Assembly (NCBI GenBank): GCA_951406725.2
Contig: OX597819.1
Location: 15,872,001 to 15,936,000, forward strand
DNA from: Octopus vulgaris
Taxonomy: Eukaryota
Length of the DNA: 64,000 nucleotides
Direction of reading: 5' to 3'
The notes below the pieces were generated by a model. That model made no database searches. It was not told where the DNA came from and saw nothing but the letters and a program-made list of their open reading frames with translations. Of the stretch, positions 13,010-27,361 are shown piece after piece. Positions within the stretch are counted from its first letter, which is position 1; each line of letters opens with the position of its first letter. The position numbers and the translations under genes are program-made.

Positions 13010-14539
13010 GTATATATATAGATATATATATGTGAAAACGTATTTGTATGTATATATATGTATATATACACACAGGCGCGCATACATTCACGTTGCCAAG
13101 TTTGCAGATATGTCTGTGGATGTGTTTAGAAGCGTTGTTGTTAAGTTTCCAGCAAACTGTGGCCGTGTCCCAGGCTCGATTCTCGGTTGAATCCGTTTGG
13201 ACACGGCGCACTCTTACAGCCAGTCCCACTAGCTGGACAAGTGAGCAAGGACTATGGAGTCTTGATCGTTTTCTCCTAGGTACAGCATGTCGAGGTGTAC
13301 ATTATATAATGTTTCCTCTCATGGTGTGATTTGAGGAGTAGTTGGCTGCTATCGTTGTCGGTTGATAGACAACGTAAAGGTTTCTCGCTTGTTAGTTTCA
13401 TGACGAAACAGTTGAGCGATGTAGCGATGTTGAGGTGTTCTTCAGAGACGTAAGGCTCTATTCAAGAGCCGAAACCTGTTTGTAGATGTGGTCGATAGAG
13501 GAAGGTATCTTTATTTCGTAATGTTTTTTTTTGTTTTTGATTTACATAAACACAAAGACCACGTGTGGGACTAGTCGATGATACTGAACTTTGTATTTCA
13601 ATAATAATTGATTTTATCGATCTCAAAATAATCAACGTTAAAGTTGATCAGGGCAAGATTTGAACTCCGAACGTAATGAGCAGAGTAAAAAAGTACTGTC
13701 AAAGTATTTTGTCCGGTGCTCCGCCGCTTCTTTGAATCTATCACTGGCCTACACTGGAAAGACGCGAGCCAAAAAAGATCTGTTGGAAACAGCAACCAAA
13801 TTTCTTTCAGCGCTCACCCTTCCGTCTAACTAAAGGACTTATTGGATAGCGTAGGCTCTGAGTTCTCTGTTCATAAATAAATGCCAGTTTTGGCCACGGT
13901 TGGAACACTTTTGATCATTGATCTGCTGGATCAGGCTGTCCTGGGGGCTAAACAACAACGAAGACAAGAGGTAGGTACCGAACCAAATGCTGTGCTATAG
14001 ACACTTATATCCCTTTGATAAGGGTCAGTTTTTATTTTCAACCTAAAGTGGTTTGGTAAACTAAGTAGGTTAGGGGGACAAACTACCCTCTCATCCAAAC
14101 AAACTTTTGACCCTACTCCAGTGAGAAATAACATTTTCATTTACCACGTGGTCGGTTTTATAGGCATGGTGTCTCGACCCAAAGATATTACCGGTATTTG
14201 AACTCACGAAGTCGATGATGTCAGCTGTATGATTTTCTTTTAGTAGTGATACACCCCACCTCCACTAAAATCCTCAGCAAAAACAACCTTACCATCTCTA
14301 GCACTAAGTCTACACCACCATCACCACCACCACCAACACCACCACCACCACCGCCAGCACTGCACCAACAGCAACAATATAAATACCCTGCCACCCCACC
14401 ACCAGTACTTCCACCACCACCATCATCATCAAGAAGACCATTACAACACTGGCACCACACCACCATTTTACCATCACCATCAACACCATGTGTATTTGTT
14501 CGTGTGTATGCATATGTAGGTGTGCGCGCGTGTGTGTGT

Positions 14540-14561
14540 GCATATTTATATATACACACAC

Positions 14562-14598
<37 letters not shown>

Positions 14599-14608
14599 CA
14601 TATATATG

Positions 14609-14641
<33 letters not shown>

Positions 14642-14727
14642 GTATATATATGTATATATATATGTGTATATACATATATATATATATGTGTATATATGTA
14701 TATATGTATATATATGTGTGTATATAC

Positions 14728-14759
<32 letters not shown>

Positions 14760-14873
14760 GTATATATATGTGTGTATATATATATTTATATACATATATA
14801 TATACATACATATATATGTACGTATATATATAATTACATATATATACATTATATATGTATATATATATATATG

Positions 14874-14913
<40 letters not shown>

Positions 14914-14963
14914 TACATATACATATATATATACATATATACATATACACATATACATATATA

Positions 14964-14995
<32 letters not shown>
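14540..14995. repeat. Imperfect (TA)n/(TG)n microsatellite
   Basis: Seen directly. Confidence 0.9.
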
Positions 14996-14997
<2 letters not shown>

Positions 14998-15193
14998 GGT
15001 AGGTATTATTTGGTGCTGACAGAATGCCGATGAAAGCCTGTTAGACAGATGTTTCAGTGTTATATAGATTGGGGGTGGGGAAGGGGTTGATAGAAAAGGA
15101 GGGGGTGGTGGTGGTGGTACAGAGATAAACTAAAATTAATAGAACCACACGCATCAATATATACGTATAGTTAAACACATACACACTCCGGCT

Positions 15194-15235
<42 letters not shown>

Positions 15236-15254
15236 AATATATATGCATTTGCAT

Positions 15255-15285
<31 letters not shown>

Positions 15286-15575
15286 AACAGCTCTGAGTAT
15301 CTCCATAGACATATACATACCTACACACAATCACACAACTGACACATATCCGTGACGCGCATCACCATACATACACACGCATGTGCATGCACACACGCGC
15401 ACACACGAAACAAACATTTGTATGTATGTATGTATGTATGTATGTATATATGTATGTATGTATATATATATATATATATACATCTCTTCCTCTATATATA
15501 TATGTGTGTGTGTGTGTGTGAGCGTATGTATGTATGTATGTATGTATGTGTGTAAATATGTGTGCACACACACAC

Positions 15576-15626
<51 letters not shown>

Positions 15627-15725
15627 CTTTAACTTGCATTTGTACGTCTCTTTTTGTTCTGTCACTCTCTCTCACTATATATATATATATATATATGTGT
15701 GTGTATGTGTATATATATATATATG

Positions 15726-15814
<89 letters not shown>

Positions 15815-16121
15815 ATGGTGTATATTGTCTGCATGTATGTAGAAACACCCCTCTCCACTCACCGCTCTTTCATACACAGCTCCACCCAAAAAATAGGGTC
15901 TAGGATATTCTGCTACTGTTTATTTCTCAAGGGCCCAGTGGCGGAGCTGGTGGTGGTGGTCGTGGTGGGTATGTGTGTGCGCGTGGAAGGCGGCAGAGGT
16001 CTACGACAGACGCACTGGGACGCTGACGGTATCGGTGTGGAGGGCAAGAGTGGAGGGCAAGAGTGTGGCGGAGGAGTAAAAGTGGTGCTGGTGGAAATTG
16101 AGTAGGGTGGCAGTGACGCGA

Positions 16122-16187
<66 letters not shown>

Positions 16188-17194
16188 GTTGTTGTTGTTG
16201 TTTTTGTTGTTGTTGTTGTTGTTGTTGTTAGTAGTGATGGTACTTCTGGCTTATTCCTAGAATATCACTGATTGAACAGACCTTTGGTCAGATTCGTTCC
16301 AGCCGTGACCATCACGCTAGGTTGTATATATATATATCTACGACGAAATTATACAGGCGTGTCCTTCTGTTTTGAAGCCGGTGCGATGGGATTTTTGTGA
16401 ATTTGGCTATTATTTCCTGCAGAGCGTGTGACCGCGTAGAGGCCCGTGGTGATATGTAATGGTATTGAATATAGTATAGGTGGTGGTGGTGGTGGTTGCG
16501 TGGTGGAGGTGCTGCTGTGAGAAGAATATTGCTTCCTACCTTGTGTCCACCTTTTCTCCTTCTTTCTCGCTCACACTGCTACTACGACTACTACTTCTCT
16601 TCTTATTCTTCCCCTCTCTCACTCCCATTCTCTCTCTCTCTCTCAAACTCTCACTTCCACTCTTTCTTCTTTCTATCTCTCTCTCCCTCTCTCACTATCA
16701 CACCTCTCTTTCTCTTTCTTAGAATTTTCTTTGTTTCGCGTTTCTATCTTTCTCGAACTCTTCCTGTCACCTTTCCTCCCACTCCTTCACTTCCCTTAAT
16801 ATCTCTCTCTTACCTCTCTCTCTCTCTCTTCCCGTTCCTCACTCTCATTTTCTCCCTTCCTCTACCAAACCCACCACCACCACCACCTGCTCCTCTCTTT
16901 ATGGCATTACTCTACCCATACCTCTCTCTCTGTCACTATTCATCGTCCCTACCTCTCCACTGCCACACCTCCACCCAATACATCTAATACCCTAATATAG
17001 AGCCTAGCCCCTCCCTTTCACCCCCAAATTCTCCACCACCTCCCTCCCACTTCATTACACAGATGACGTAAATATGACGTCAATGGCCTCTCCCCCCTCT
17101 CCCTCTCTATCCCCTCACTACCCCAGTTTTTTTTTTGGTGACATATCAGAGTTTCGCTGTTACAATTTGCTGATAACCGACCTAGGACTCTTTG

Positions 17195-17225
<31 letters not shown>

Positions 17226-17726
17226 CTGTGTGTGTGTGTCTGTGTGTGTGTGTGTGCGTGTGTGTAACAGAGAAAGTATACATGTCTGGTGTGTGTGTGT
17301 GTGTATATATATATATATGTATATATATTTACACACACACATACACACATATACACACACATATATACATACATATATATACGTACGTCTGGGTATGTAT
17401 GTATGTATGATATGCATATGTGTATGTGTATGTGTATGCGTGTATGTGTGTGTGATTGCACGCGTGTAGTTGTGTACGTCTGTTTGTGTATGTATAGGTA
17501 TGTGTAGGTATGTATATTTACGGGTGTATATGTGACCGCGAGAGTGTGTATGCCGTTTGTTCCGGGTCAGCTTTGAATTACTTTATAATGAAAAGCGCTT
17601 CAATTCTGGCCACCCTGCCTTTTTTAAGACAGCAGAGAGTGATTTTTGCTTGAAGGATATTTGGCTGCTATTTCAGCAGGTTTGCCCATGTGACTATGCA
17701 TAGGCGTGTGTGCATGTGAGTATGTC

Positions 17727-17761
<35 letters not shown>

Positions 17762-17781
17762 GCACGCATATACACATAAAT

Positions 17782-17848
<67 letters not shown>

Positions 17849-18674
17849 CATACATATATATATATATATATACACGTACATACACAGACACATATAGACA
17901 CATGTTTATATACATACGTACACATACACAGACACGTGCGCGTGCGCACACACACATACGTAGGTGGTTGGTTAAGAATCATGCTTTGCAGCCACATGAT
18001 TTCAGGTTCAATCCTACTGCGCAGCATCTTGAGCAAGTATCTTCCACCATAACCCCGGGTCGACCAATGCCTTGTGAGTGAATTTGGTTGACAGAAACTG
18101 TGTAGATGCCTATCGTGCGTGTGTGTGTGTATTTATGTGTGTGAATGTGCGTCTTTGTGTTTGTTCCCCACCATTGCTTAACAACCGGTGTTAGTTTGTT
18201 TATGTCTTTATAACTTAAATGTTCCGCAAAAGAGATCGATTAAAAATTCCAAACTTGAAAATGAGCCCTGTGATCGATTTGTTTGATTAAACTTCTAAAG
18301 GCAATGCCCCAGGATGGCCGCAGCCAATAACTGGAACACGTACAAAATAATACGCGCATGCGCATTCACAAATGTAAGGTCTGCGTTTATGGCAATCGTA
18401 GCCCTTGGAACCTGGAAATGCCCAGATAACTAAATAATTACTGTTCCTTCCGAACAGATGAAAACGATAGCCTGAGGAAGAAGTTACCAGGAAAGGAATT
18501 CCAAGGGACCGAAGTCTGGGAAGGCAGGATCGGGTGTTGAGGTGGGTGTAGAGTCTGGAGTGGTGGGGTTGGACACAATACGGGTGGACGAGAGGAGGAG
18601 AGACGTGTTTGTTGGGTATATATAAAAGAAGGTGATGACAAACTAAAAACTGAGGCACAATGGTTACTTCAATA

Positions 18675-18905
18675 GGAGCGAGCTGGCAGAAACGTTAGCA
18701 CGTCGGGCGAAATGCGTAGCCGTATTTCGTCTGCCGTTACGTTCTAAGTTCAAATTCCGCCGAGGTCGACTTTGCCTTTCATCCTTTCGGGGTCGATTAA
18801 ATAAGTACCAGTTACGCACTGGGGTCGATATAATCGACTTAATCCGTTTGTCTGTCCTTGTTTGTCCTCCCTGTGTTTAGCCTCTTGTGAGGTAATAAAG
18901 AAATA
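18675..18905 (+). mobile_element. SINE family B with target-site duplication
   Basis: Flanked by direct repeat GGTTACTTCAATAGGAGC (18662-18679 and 18906-18923). B-box GAGTTCAAATTCC-like motif present. Confidence 0.9.
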
Positions 18906-19113
18906 GGTTACTTCAATAGGAGCAGAAGAAGCAGAAGGAAGACACAACACACCTGTGAGCAGTCAGGGATTGAGATGTTTATGTCAGCCAGTCACGTGGC
19001 CCTTTTTCTGGATGTGGTTTACGTTGTACGTGTGTAGTGTGTAGTAGCCGTACCGATCCAAATGTAGGCGCGGTCCCTCCACTGTAGGTAGCAACGGAGA
19101 GGAGTGGCTATAC

Positions 19114-19527
19114 GCGCAGGAGTGGCTGTGTGGTAAGTAGCTTGCCAACCAACCACATGGTTCCGGGTTCAGTCCCACTGCGTGGCACCGTGGGCAAGTG
19201 TCTTCTGCTATAGCCCCGGGCCGACCAATGCCTTGTGAGTGGATTTGGTAGACGGAAACTGAAAGAAGCCTGTCGTATATATGTATATATATATATATTT
19301 GTATGTGTGTGTTTGTGTGTCTGTGTTTGTCCCCCTAGCATTGCTTGACAACCGATACTGGTGTGTTTACGTCCCCGTCACTTAGCGGTTCGGCAAAAAG
19401 AGACCGATAGAATAAGTACTAGGCTTACAAAGAATAAGTCCCGGGGTCGATTTGTTCGACTAAAGGCGGTGCTCCAGCATGGCCGCAGTCAAAATGACTG
19501 AAACAAGTAAAAGAGAGTAAAAGAGAG
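19114..19527 (+). mobile_element. SINE family A, full length
   Basis: tRNA-like head, internal microsatellite and (GTAAAAGA)n-like tail. Multiple copies in the window. Confidence 0.9.
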
Positions 19528-20242
19528 CTATTGATTGTTAGCTCTGAAGATGAGAACCTCTCTTCGTGATGCTATCTTCGTTTTTGTTGTGCTTTCGATA
19601 GGCGCCCACCTCAAAAGCGAATTCCCGTGGCCTCGTGGTTAGGGTGTTGCACTATGGCAATATCATGGTTTCGATTCCCGGACCGAGCGGTGCGTTGACT
19701 AGTTGAGCAAAACACTTCATTTCACGTTGCTTCAGTCTACTCAGCTGTAAAGGGGCCTCCTGAGCCGGACTGGCGGAATGTTGTCATCTCTGTCATACGC
19801 CAATGAAACAGGGGTAACCGGCCCTATGAGTTCTAGGATTCTAGGACTCGAGGCAGTACTTTATCCTCAGGTGCAATAATGAGGCTCAGCCTTTACAGTG
19901 ACTTTAAGGGTTCTAACTACGGGTGGGGCGGTTGGAGGACAGGTTTTTCTTCTTCGTGTGTGTTGATTTTTGTCTTTATACTATTGAAAGAGATAAGACT
20001 GACACCATTACACTGCGAGAATGTTTTCGATGTCTCTGTTCAAAGAGTCAGTAAAAGTTTGATATGTGTGTCGAGGTCAAACGTGGATGATGCTTGGGTG
20101 AAGGAGTTTTGTGAATAATAAATGGTCGCATTATCTACACAGAAGTGCGTGTTGTAATGATAAGTAGATGATCAATGTATGGGAAAAAAATTGTGGGTGC
20201 ACAGGACCTAAATCTTGGGGCACACCAGATTTTGATAAAGTC

Positions 20243-20545
20243 GCTTTGACTTTCATCCTTTCGGAGTCGATAAATTAAGTACCAGTTAGGCACTGGGGTC
20301 GATGTAATCGACTTAATCCCTTTGTCTGTCCTTGTTTGTCTCCTCTGTGTTTAGCCTCTTGTGGGTAGTAAAGAAATATGTATTTCGTCTGCCGCTACGT
20401 TCTGAGTTCAAATTCCACCGAGGTTGACTTTGCCTTTCATCCTTTCTGGGTCGACAAATTAAGTACCAGTTGTGTACTGGGGTCGATCTAACCGACTGTC
20501 CCCTCTCCAAAAATTTCGGGCCTTGTGCCTAGAGTAGAAAAAAAT
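20243..20545 (+). mobile_element. Two tandem partial SINE family B pieces
   Basis: Core ctttcatcctttc..gtcga..aattaagtaccag occurs twice. Confidence 0.75.
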
Positions 20546-21958
20546 ATATACCAAGATGGTGCGAACTTGTAGGCAGCCCTTAATCTAAAAGACGAAAGAT
20601 GGGTGGGGTGTACGTGCTACTAGTTTATATGCCTAGAGATTCGCGTGCCAAAACAGTCAAATGATTTGCCTATGTCGAGTGAACAACACACTTTTCATAA
20701 AATTTCTCAAGAGTTAGACCCACTGATGCGTTATGTAGGCGAGTTATGTGGCATCAGTTTAAAGAGTCTCTTAGATCTGTTACCAGCCTACAGGATCATT
20801 ACGCCAGAATTTACCTCGGTTTCCACGGCGTAAAGCCATCGGGCGTACAATACCACCTCTCATTGAACGGTACGCTAATCCGTCACAGAGTTAAACATCC
20901 CTCCACCTAACTGTTGCTGGTATTTGTTTTCAGCTGAGTAGATGGGAAAATGTGAAACGAGGTATTTTGCTCAAGAATACAACACATCGCCCGGTCTGAG
21001 AATCGAAACCTGATCTTACAATTCTGAGTCCAACATGTTAACTACCAGGCTAAGTGGATATTGCTAATCAGTATTTTTCTCTTTCAAAAAAATATAGATA
21101 TGCATTCGAAAATTAAGTAAGTGTAATGCGATCATGGACAGTTTTATTAAATCTACAAACTGGTTCTAAAATGGGATGGGTCAGCCGGTTAAACAGTCCG
21201 TGGCCCAGGGATCCGAGAAAGAAGGGTTTTGAATATTTGTCAAATTCCTCACAGCTGCCATTGAAATTTGAGAGAAGTGTTCTTCCAACGGGCCCGTATA
21301 GCTTTCTCGTTCAGTTTTGTAGAATAATAAACGTGACACAATTTAAGAACGTGTCAGGAAAATGTATTTTTATTCTGATAAAGTATTAATATTTCGGAGA
21401 TGTGAGGTGGAATGCCGGACAAAATGTTCAGCAGTATTTCATCCGTCTTCAAGGTCTGAGGGTGACTTTGCCTTTCGTCCTTTTGGGGTCGATTAAATAA
21501 GTACCAGTTGAGCACAGGGGTCAATTTAATTGACTTAGCCCCTCCCTAGAACTGCTGTCCTTGTGCCAAAATTTGAAACCAATATTCCGAAGGTGTATTG
21601 GCTGAGCAAGTGATTTGATCCGAAAACGTGTGTTGAAACTAAAACAATTATAGCATGGAAAACACATTTAGTAAAATACTAATAACTATTTGATTCGCTC
21701 CAGTATATGTTGTCACGGATAAACAAAAAAGATTATCAGAAGGGAAGCAATCGAAGATTTTTCAATTGCATAAACAGTAATGATTACTGCTCATCATGTT
21801 GTGGATAACCTCAGTGGAACCGGAGGCTGTTTTGGCCATGCTCAATCTGGGTGACTGCGGAAAAGTACTGAAAGGATGGACTGGTCGATAAAGAATATGG
21901 AAACGAACACAACTGACATTTTGAACGACATTCGACAGAAACACCACAAATCAATTGG

Positions 21959-21996
<38 letters not shown>

Positions 21997-22030
21997 ACCT
22001 GTCTCAGAAGCCCAGCTGCTTTCAGCCATT

Positions 22031-22410
<380 letters not shown>

Positions 22411-22618
22411 GATATCCCAATTTAATTTATTCATCTCTCTCAGTCTGATGCACATCTAACGTCATGCACGAGGATTGAACTTAGACTGCTTGAATCCGAG
22501 TGTTTAGTATGGAGGTGGCGCTGTCATAATTTGGGGTAGCATGTTTGAATAACAGTCGGTTCCATACATCAGACCAAAAACATCAGGAACAGTGTAGGCT
22601 AGAGGTGGTCTTGGGAAA

Positions 22619-22849
22619 GGCGGCGAGCTGGCTGAACCGTTAGCACGCCGGGCGAAATGCTTAGCAGTATTTCGTCTGCCGTTACGTCCCGAGTTCAAAT
22701 TCCGCCGAGGTCGACTTTGCCTTTCATCCTTTCGGGGTCGATTAAATAAGTACCAGTTACGCACTGGGGTCGATGTAGTCGACTTAATCCCTTTGTCTGT
22801 CCTTGTTTGTCCACTCTATGTTTAGCCCCTTGTGGGTAGTAAAGAAATA
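22619..22849 (+). mobile_element. SINE family B, full length with TSD
   Basis: Direct repeat TAGAGGTGGTCTTGGG at 22600-22615 and 22848-22863. Confidence 0.9.
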
Positions 22850-23084
22850 GAGGTGGTCTTGGGGAAGCCTATGCATTTCTTTTTTAAAACTAAGAATAAT
22901 TTTATCTGATGGTGGATTGTTTTAGCATGGCAACAACCTGAGGCATAACGCACGGATAATCAAGGAATTCATCTAAAACATCAAAATTTCGAATTTTACA
23001 ATGGTTAACACAGTATCTGGATTTAAGACTTATAGAGAACAGGTCGATATCAATATTCAACTAATCCAGTGTTGTGTTGTGTTC

Positions 23085-23345
23085 TGCGTGTTGTGTTCTT
23101 GAACAAGGCACTTTATTTCACGTTGCTCCAGTTAACTCAGCCGTAGAAATGAGTTGCGACATCACTGGTGCCAAGCTGTATCAGCCCCTTTGCTTTCCCC
23201 TTGGATAACATCAGTGGTGCGGAGAGGCGAGGCTTGTATGCATGGGCCACTGCTGGCCTTCCACAAACAACCTTAAGCGGACTTGTGTGCCTTGGAGGGT
23301 AACTTTCTAGGTGCAATCCCATGGTCATTCATGACCGAAGGGGGT
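23085..23345 (+). mobile_element. SINE family D (partial)
   Basis: Shares cttgagcaag..acttt atttcacgttgctccag..gtagaaatgagttg..ggtgccaagctgtatc with 26437-26960. Confidence 0.75.
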
Positions 23346-23585
23346 CTCCTATATAAGCTAAAACATGGACAGAAATGAAAGTTCGATACTTCGCAGATAT
23401 GTTCCGGTTTTGAGAACCTTAAAGAATCCGAAAACGTGTTGCTTCCAAGAGATGTCATTCTTTTCTACTTTCATTGCAAACTTTTCATTTCGCCAGAACA
23501 ATTATATTTAACGCTGACGTACATATTCATACTTCACACGTTCTGGCAGATTTGAACGTGAATCTGCTAATCGCTGTGATATATC

Positions 23586-23950
23586 TTTTATTCTTTGACT
23601 TCTTTCAGTCATTAGACAGCGGTCATGCTGGAGCACCGCTTTGATGAATTTTTAGTCGAACGAATCGAACCCCACAACTTTTTTTAAAGCGTTGCACTTA
23701 TTCCAACGGTCTCTTTTGCTGAATCGCTAAGATAAAGGGTTGTAAACAAACCAACACCAGTTGCCAAGCGATGGTGGCGCACAAAGACAGGCACAAAGAC
23801 AAAAACAAACACAAACACACGCACAAACACACACATATACGCAGGCTTCATTCAGCTTCCGTCTCCTCGCAAGGCTTTGGTCGGCCCAAGGCCATAGTAG
23901 AAGACACTTGCCCTAGGTACCACGCAATGGGACTGAACCCGTAACCATGA
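23586..23950 (-). mobile_element. SINE family A, diverged
   Basis: Reverse complement similarity to 19114-19527. Confidence 0.8.
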
Positions 23951-24541
23951 TGTTTAACTTTATATCCAAATGACCTTTAACTGATATTAATCTTTATGAC
24001 ATTAATGTTGAAGCTAATTCAATGTTTTCCTTTTTGAACTGAAGTCATTTATATACAGTTATAATCAACTAATTATATTGAGTCATAACCGATTAAAATA
24101 ATTAACGCTTATTAATATTCTTTAAGATAAGTTAAACTAATTAGTGTGTGTATAAGGAAGTGTGTGTGTGTGTATATCCGTGCTTTTAAATGCGTGTGTT
24201 TATGTATATATGTGTGCATATAAATGCGAAAGCTGTGTACCGCTTGGTCGCAGTCGAGTGACACACACATAGACACACACACGCACACACACAAGCTCAA
24301 AGGCACACACAGGCACAAACAAGCAAAAAAAAAACACAAACACACACACAAACGAACACACACACACGTACGCACACACGCACGCGCACGCGCACGCGCA
24401 CACGCACGCGCACACGCACGCACACAAAAACACATTGTTTACGTCCTAAGAATTCAGAAACTTCGCGAGAATGTGAAATAATTATTTTTAATGGTTAAAC
24501 TCGAAGTAGATAAAGCTATAAATAATAACATGTAAATATAT

Positions 24542-24576
<35 letters not shown>

Positions 24577-24599
24577 TGTGTGTGTATGCATGTGAGTAT

Positions 24600-25493
24600 A
24601 AGTGTGGCTGTATTGCTGCCAAGTGGGACAAAGCCTGAAAGAATAAAGCTAGTAAATCAGGGAGCCTGGACTAAATGGGATTCCCACCCACCCAAGGAGG
24701 TGATCATATGGACGGACCTGTGGGGACTGGAACCTTTCTGCATCTCCTGCTTGCTGCGTGTAACACACTCACGAAACAAACAAAACTGCACAGATGGGGG
24801 TTGGAAGGGGACCACCTGCATAGACTTTGTGGAGAAAGGGCAGCAGCGTGGCACACGTCTTGTCAGGGTGCAAAATAGCCCTTACTCAAGGGAGATGCAA
24901 GTGGCACTTTGACAAAGTGCTTGCAACACTTTCTCACACCCTGGAGCGAGACAAGAAAGGCTGGATACACCATCAGCCGGGGAAAACAACTTCAGCGAGG
25001 AAGTTCGTAAGGGGAGAAGAAAGGACAGTGAGGACAGCAAAAAAGACAAATAGTCTACTCTATGGGTCCGAATCTGGGGATATGAAAGTAGCCTGGTCGG
25101 AAAGATTGCAGTTTTCCCAGGTTGTTCAGACATCCTGAGACCAAATGTAGTTTTGTGGTCTGAAAAGGCCAACAAAATAATCCTGTAGGAAGATGGGTCT
25201 TATCAGGCTTGTGAATGGAAGCATGCTAAGTACCAGACCCTCCTGTAGGATTGTCGAGAGAAGGGCTAGCTGTCATGGTTAATCTCAGTTGGGGTGGCTG
25301 GAGGGAATTCCCTGTCATGTCGGTATGGAGGATACTTGCAGCCATTCGAATAAATAGAAAAGAGCGAAAGGTGACTTTGCACAGGATGGGAGAGGCAGCA
25401 GAAAGTGTCTCTTGTTGGTTATGGAGCAAGAGAGAGGAGTTAAGCTGGAAGCCGGGAGGAGAAGATGAGAAGTGTTTTGGCCGCTTCTGCTGA
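24600..25493 (+). mobile_element. RLE-type non-LTR retrotransposon 3' fragment (HERO-like), disrupted
   Basis: Frames give QGAWTKWD..IWTDLWGLEP, a CCHC-knuckle-like RLCG..AHVLSGCKIALTQGRCKWHFDKVL, an RLE motif LRPNVVLWSEKANKII, and the C-terminal EAAESVSCWLWSKRE. I recall these as HERO-clade motifs. Confidence 0.8.
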
Positions 25494-25571
25494 ACCACCA
25501 ACGGGAGTGTTTCGGTTCTGGGTAAAAATACTCAGGCTAAGGAAACTGAGGACCAGAGGTCCTGTAGACTG

Positions 25572-26324
25572 TTGAAAAGAGCTGCTGCTGCTAGGGTTGC
25601 AACTACGCCAGAACAGCGTGAAACATATCGAGTGCCTGCTGCTGATGCAAGGGCTGCAGAAACCCCACAAAAGAGTGCTATCCATCGGGCACACAACGCT
25701 GCATTCACTTCTGCCGCAAGGTTGGCAGATGACAATAACCATCGGATAACGAGACTTCAATCTAATGTTCACCGGAAGGCTCTTGCCCTTGGTTATTGGA
25801 AGCCTTCGAGTAGTCGGTGGGCATCAAAGGCGCTCAACTATGATCCTGCCGAGGATTACGCCACTCATCGAGAGGCTGTTACAGGGGATATGTCTATAAT
25901 ATGTCCATTTTGCAAGGCCCTCAAGTGGGTTGGAGAATCCAGTGGCCTATGTTGCTCAGACGGAAAGGTCTGCTTACCTGACCTGCAAAACTCTCATCAG
26001 CCTTTCCTCTCTTTACACCTTGGTCAACACCCTGATTCGCAGTAATTTATACAGAAAATTCGCCCTTTTAACTCTGCCTTCCAGATGGCAATTTTCGGTT
26101 TCAAACCCATTCATGAAGACTCCTATATGCCAACGTTCAAAATCCAGGGCCAAACCTATCATTGGATAGGCTCTATTAACAACACTGAACACCGATTCCT
26201 TCGAATTTACTTTATGGAGATACCACTGAGCAAACGGCTCGCTGAGCTCAGGTGGCACTTGGAACAAAGTGAAAAAATACCACCACCAAAGCAATTTAAA
26301 CCGTCCAAAGGACGGGTGCGTTAG
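25572..26324 (+). mobile_element. Helitron Rep/Helicase N-terminal fragment (pseudogene)
   Basis: ALNYDP...GDMSIICPFCKALKWVGESSGLCCSDGKVCLP, then *FIQKIRPFNSAFQMAIFG...PTFKIQGQTYHWIGS. These are the Zn-finger and FKIQGQxYHRIGS motifs of Helitron Rep proteins. Confidence 0.85.
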
Positions 26325-26436
26325 GTATGTATGTATGTATGTATGTATGTATGTATGTATGTATGTATGTATGTATGTATGTATGTATGTATGTGAGTGT
26401 GTGTGTGTGTGCGTGCGTGTGTGTGTGTGTGTGTGA

Positions 26437-26960
26437 AGGCGCATGACTCAATGGTTTGAGCGTCGGGCTCCCAATCACGAGGTAGTAAGCTCGTTTCCCT
26501 GTCAGGGCTGTGTGTTGTGTTATTGAGCAAGACGCTTATTTCACGTCGCTCCATTTCACTCAACTGTAGAAATGAGTTGTGAGGTCACTGGTGCCAAGCT
26601 GTATCGGCCCCTTATATAAGCATGGCTCAGTGGTTAGAGCGTCCAGCTTACGATCGTGAGGTTGTGAGTTCGATTCCCGGACCGGGTTGCGTGTCGTGTC
26701 CTTGAGCAAGACACAGTAGAAATGAGTTGTGAGGTCACTGGTGTCAAGCTACATCGGCCCCTTTGCCTTTCCCTTGGATAACATCGGTGGCGTGAAGAGG
26801 GGAGGCTGGTATGCAGGGGCAACTGCTGGTCTTCCATAAACAAACTTACTTCTGCCTCGGAGAGGAACCTTGACTTCTCTCTCGGAAAGGAACTTTCTAG
26901 GTGCAAACCCCTGATCATTCATGACCGAAGTTGGGAAGGGGAACGACGGATCTTTACCCT
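26437..26960 (+). mobile_element. SINE family D, two tandem heads
   Basis: ggcgcatgactcaatggtt.. and gcatggctcagtggttagagc..gagttcgattccc (A/B boxes), with a repeated gtagaaatgagttgtgaggtcactgg. Confidence 0.8.
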
Positions 26961-26976
26961 TTTAGCCTATGTGTGT

Positions 26977-27018
<42 letters not shown>

Positions 27019-27323
27019 GTGTGTGTCTGTGTGTGAATCTAAATTTCGAAGTTACTCTCAACTTATTCCTTTTTAAAACAATTTATTTTGCTGAAAGTTA
27101 TTGAGTGGTCATTCAGTAAATGATTTCCTTCTTTATATATATATAAATCATATAAAACTATATATAACTATATATATATATATAACTATAACTATATATA
27201 TATATCTGACTATAGGTCTGATCTCTGACTTCTGGCCGAAATCAGACCGCCATGTTGATTTGTTAGCTCCGGCACGCATTTTTTTTTCTCTCCTTGTTTC
27301 TCTCCGTGTTTCTTTTCTGTGTA

Positions 27324-27361
27324 TCTTTCTGTTGAAGAGCGTAGGCTCGAAATGTAAAAGA
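27324..27361 (+). ncRNA. Degenerate hammerhead-like motif in a small element (about 27208-27450)
   Basis: TCTTT-CTGTTGA-A-GAGC gtag GCTC-GAAA-TG-TA-AAAGA. Stems I and II pair, but the core has T at the A6 position. Confidence 0.5.

Larger units (their letters stand above)
18350..20240 (-). mobile_element. Highly decayed L2/CR1/Jockey-like LINE, interrupted by SINEs
   Basis: Minus-strand KSGVPQDLG near 20230 resembles the RT GVPQGS motif. QTSVPWNSFPGNFF near 18490 resembles the C-terminal RTSKLWNSLP motif. Confidence 0.55.

Noticed and set aside
13445-13490. GGCTCT-attca-AGAGCC-GAAAC hairpin resembling HHR stem II
   Set aside because: No CUGANGA core or stem I.
14246-14833. Pro/Thr-rich ORF
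   Set aside because: Derived from a decayed (CCA)n tract running into (TA)n.
5076-17957. Dozens of [16 protein letters not shown] ORFs (also at 28-30 kb, 35-38 kb and 44-45 kb)
   Set aside because: Translations of di- and tetranucleotide microsatellites that lack stops. No coding signal.
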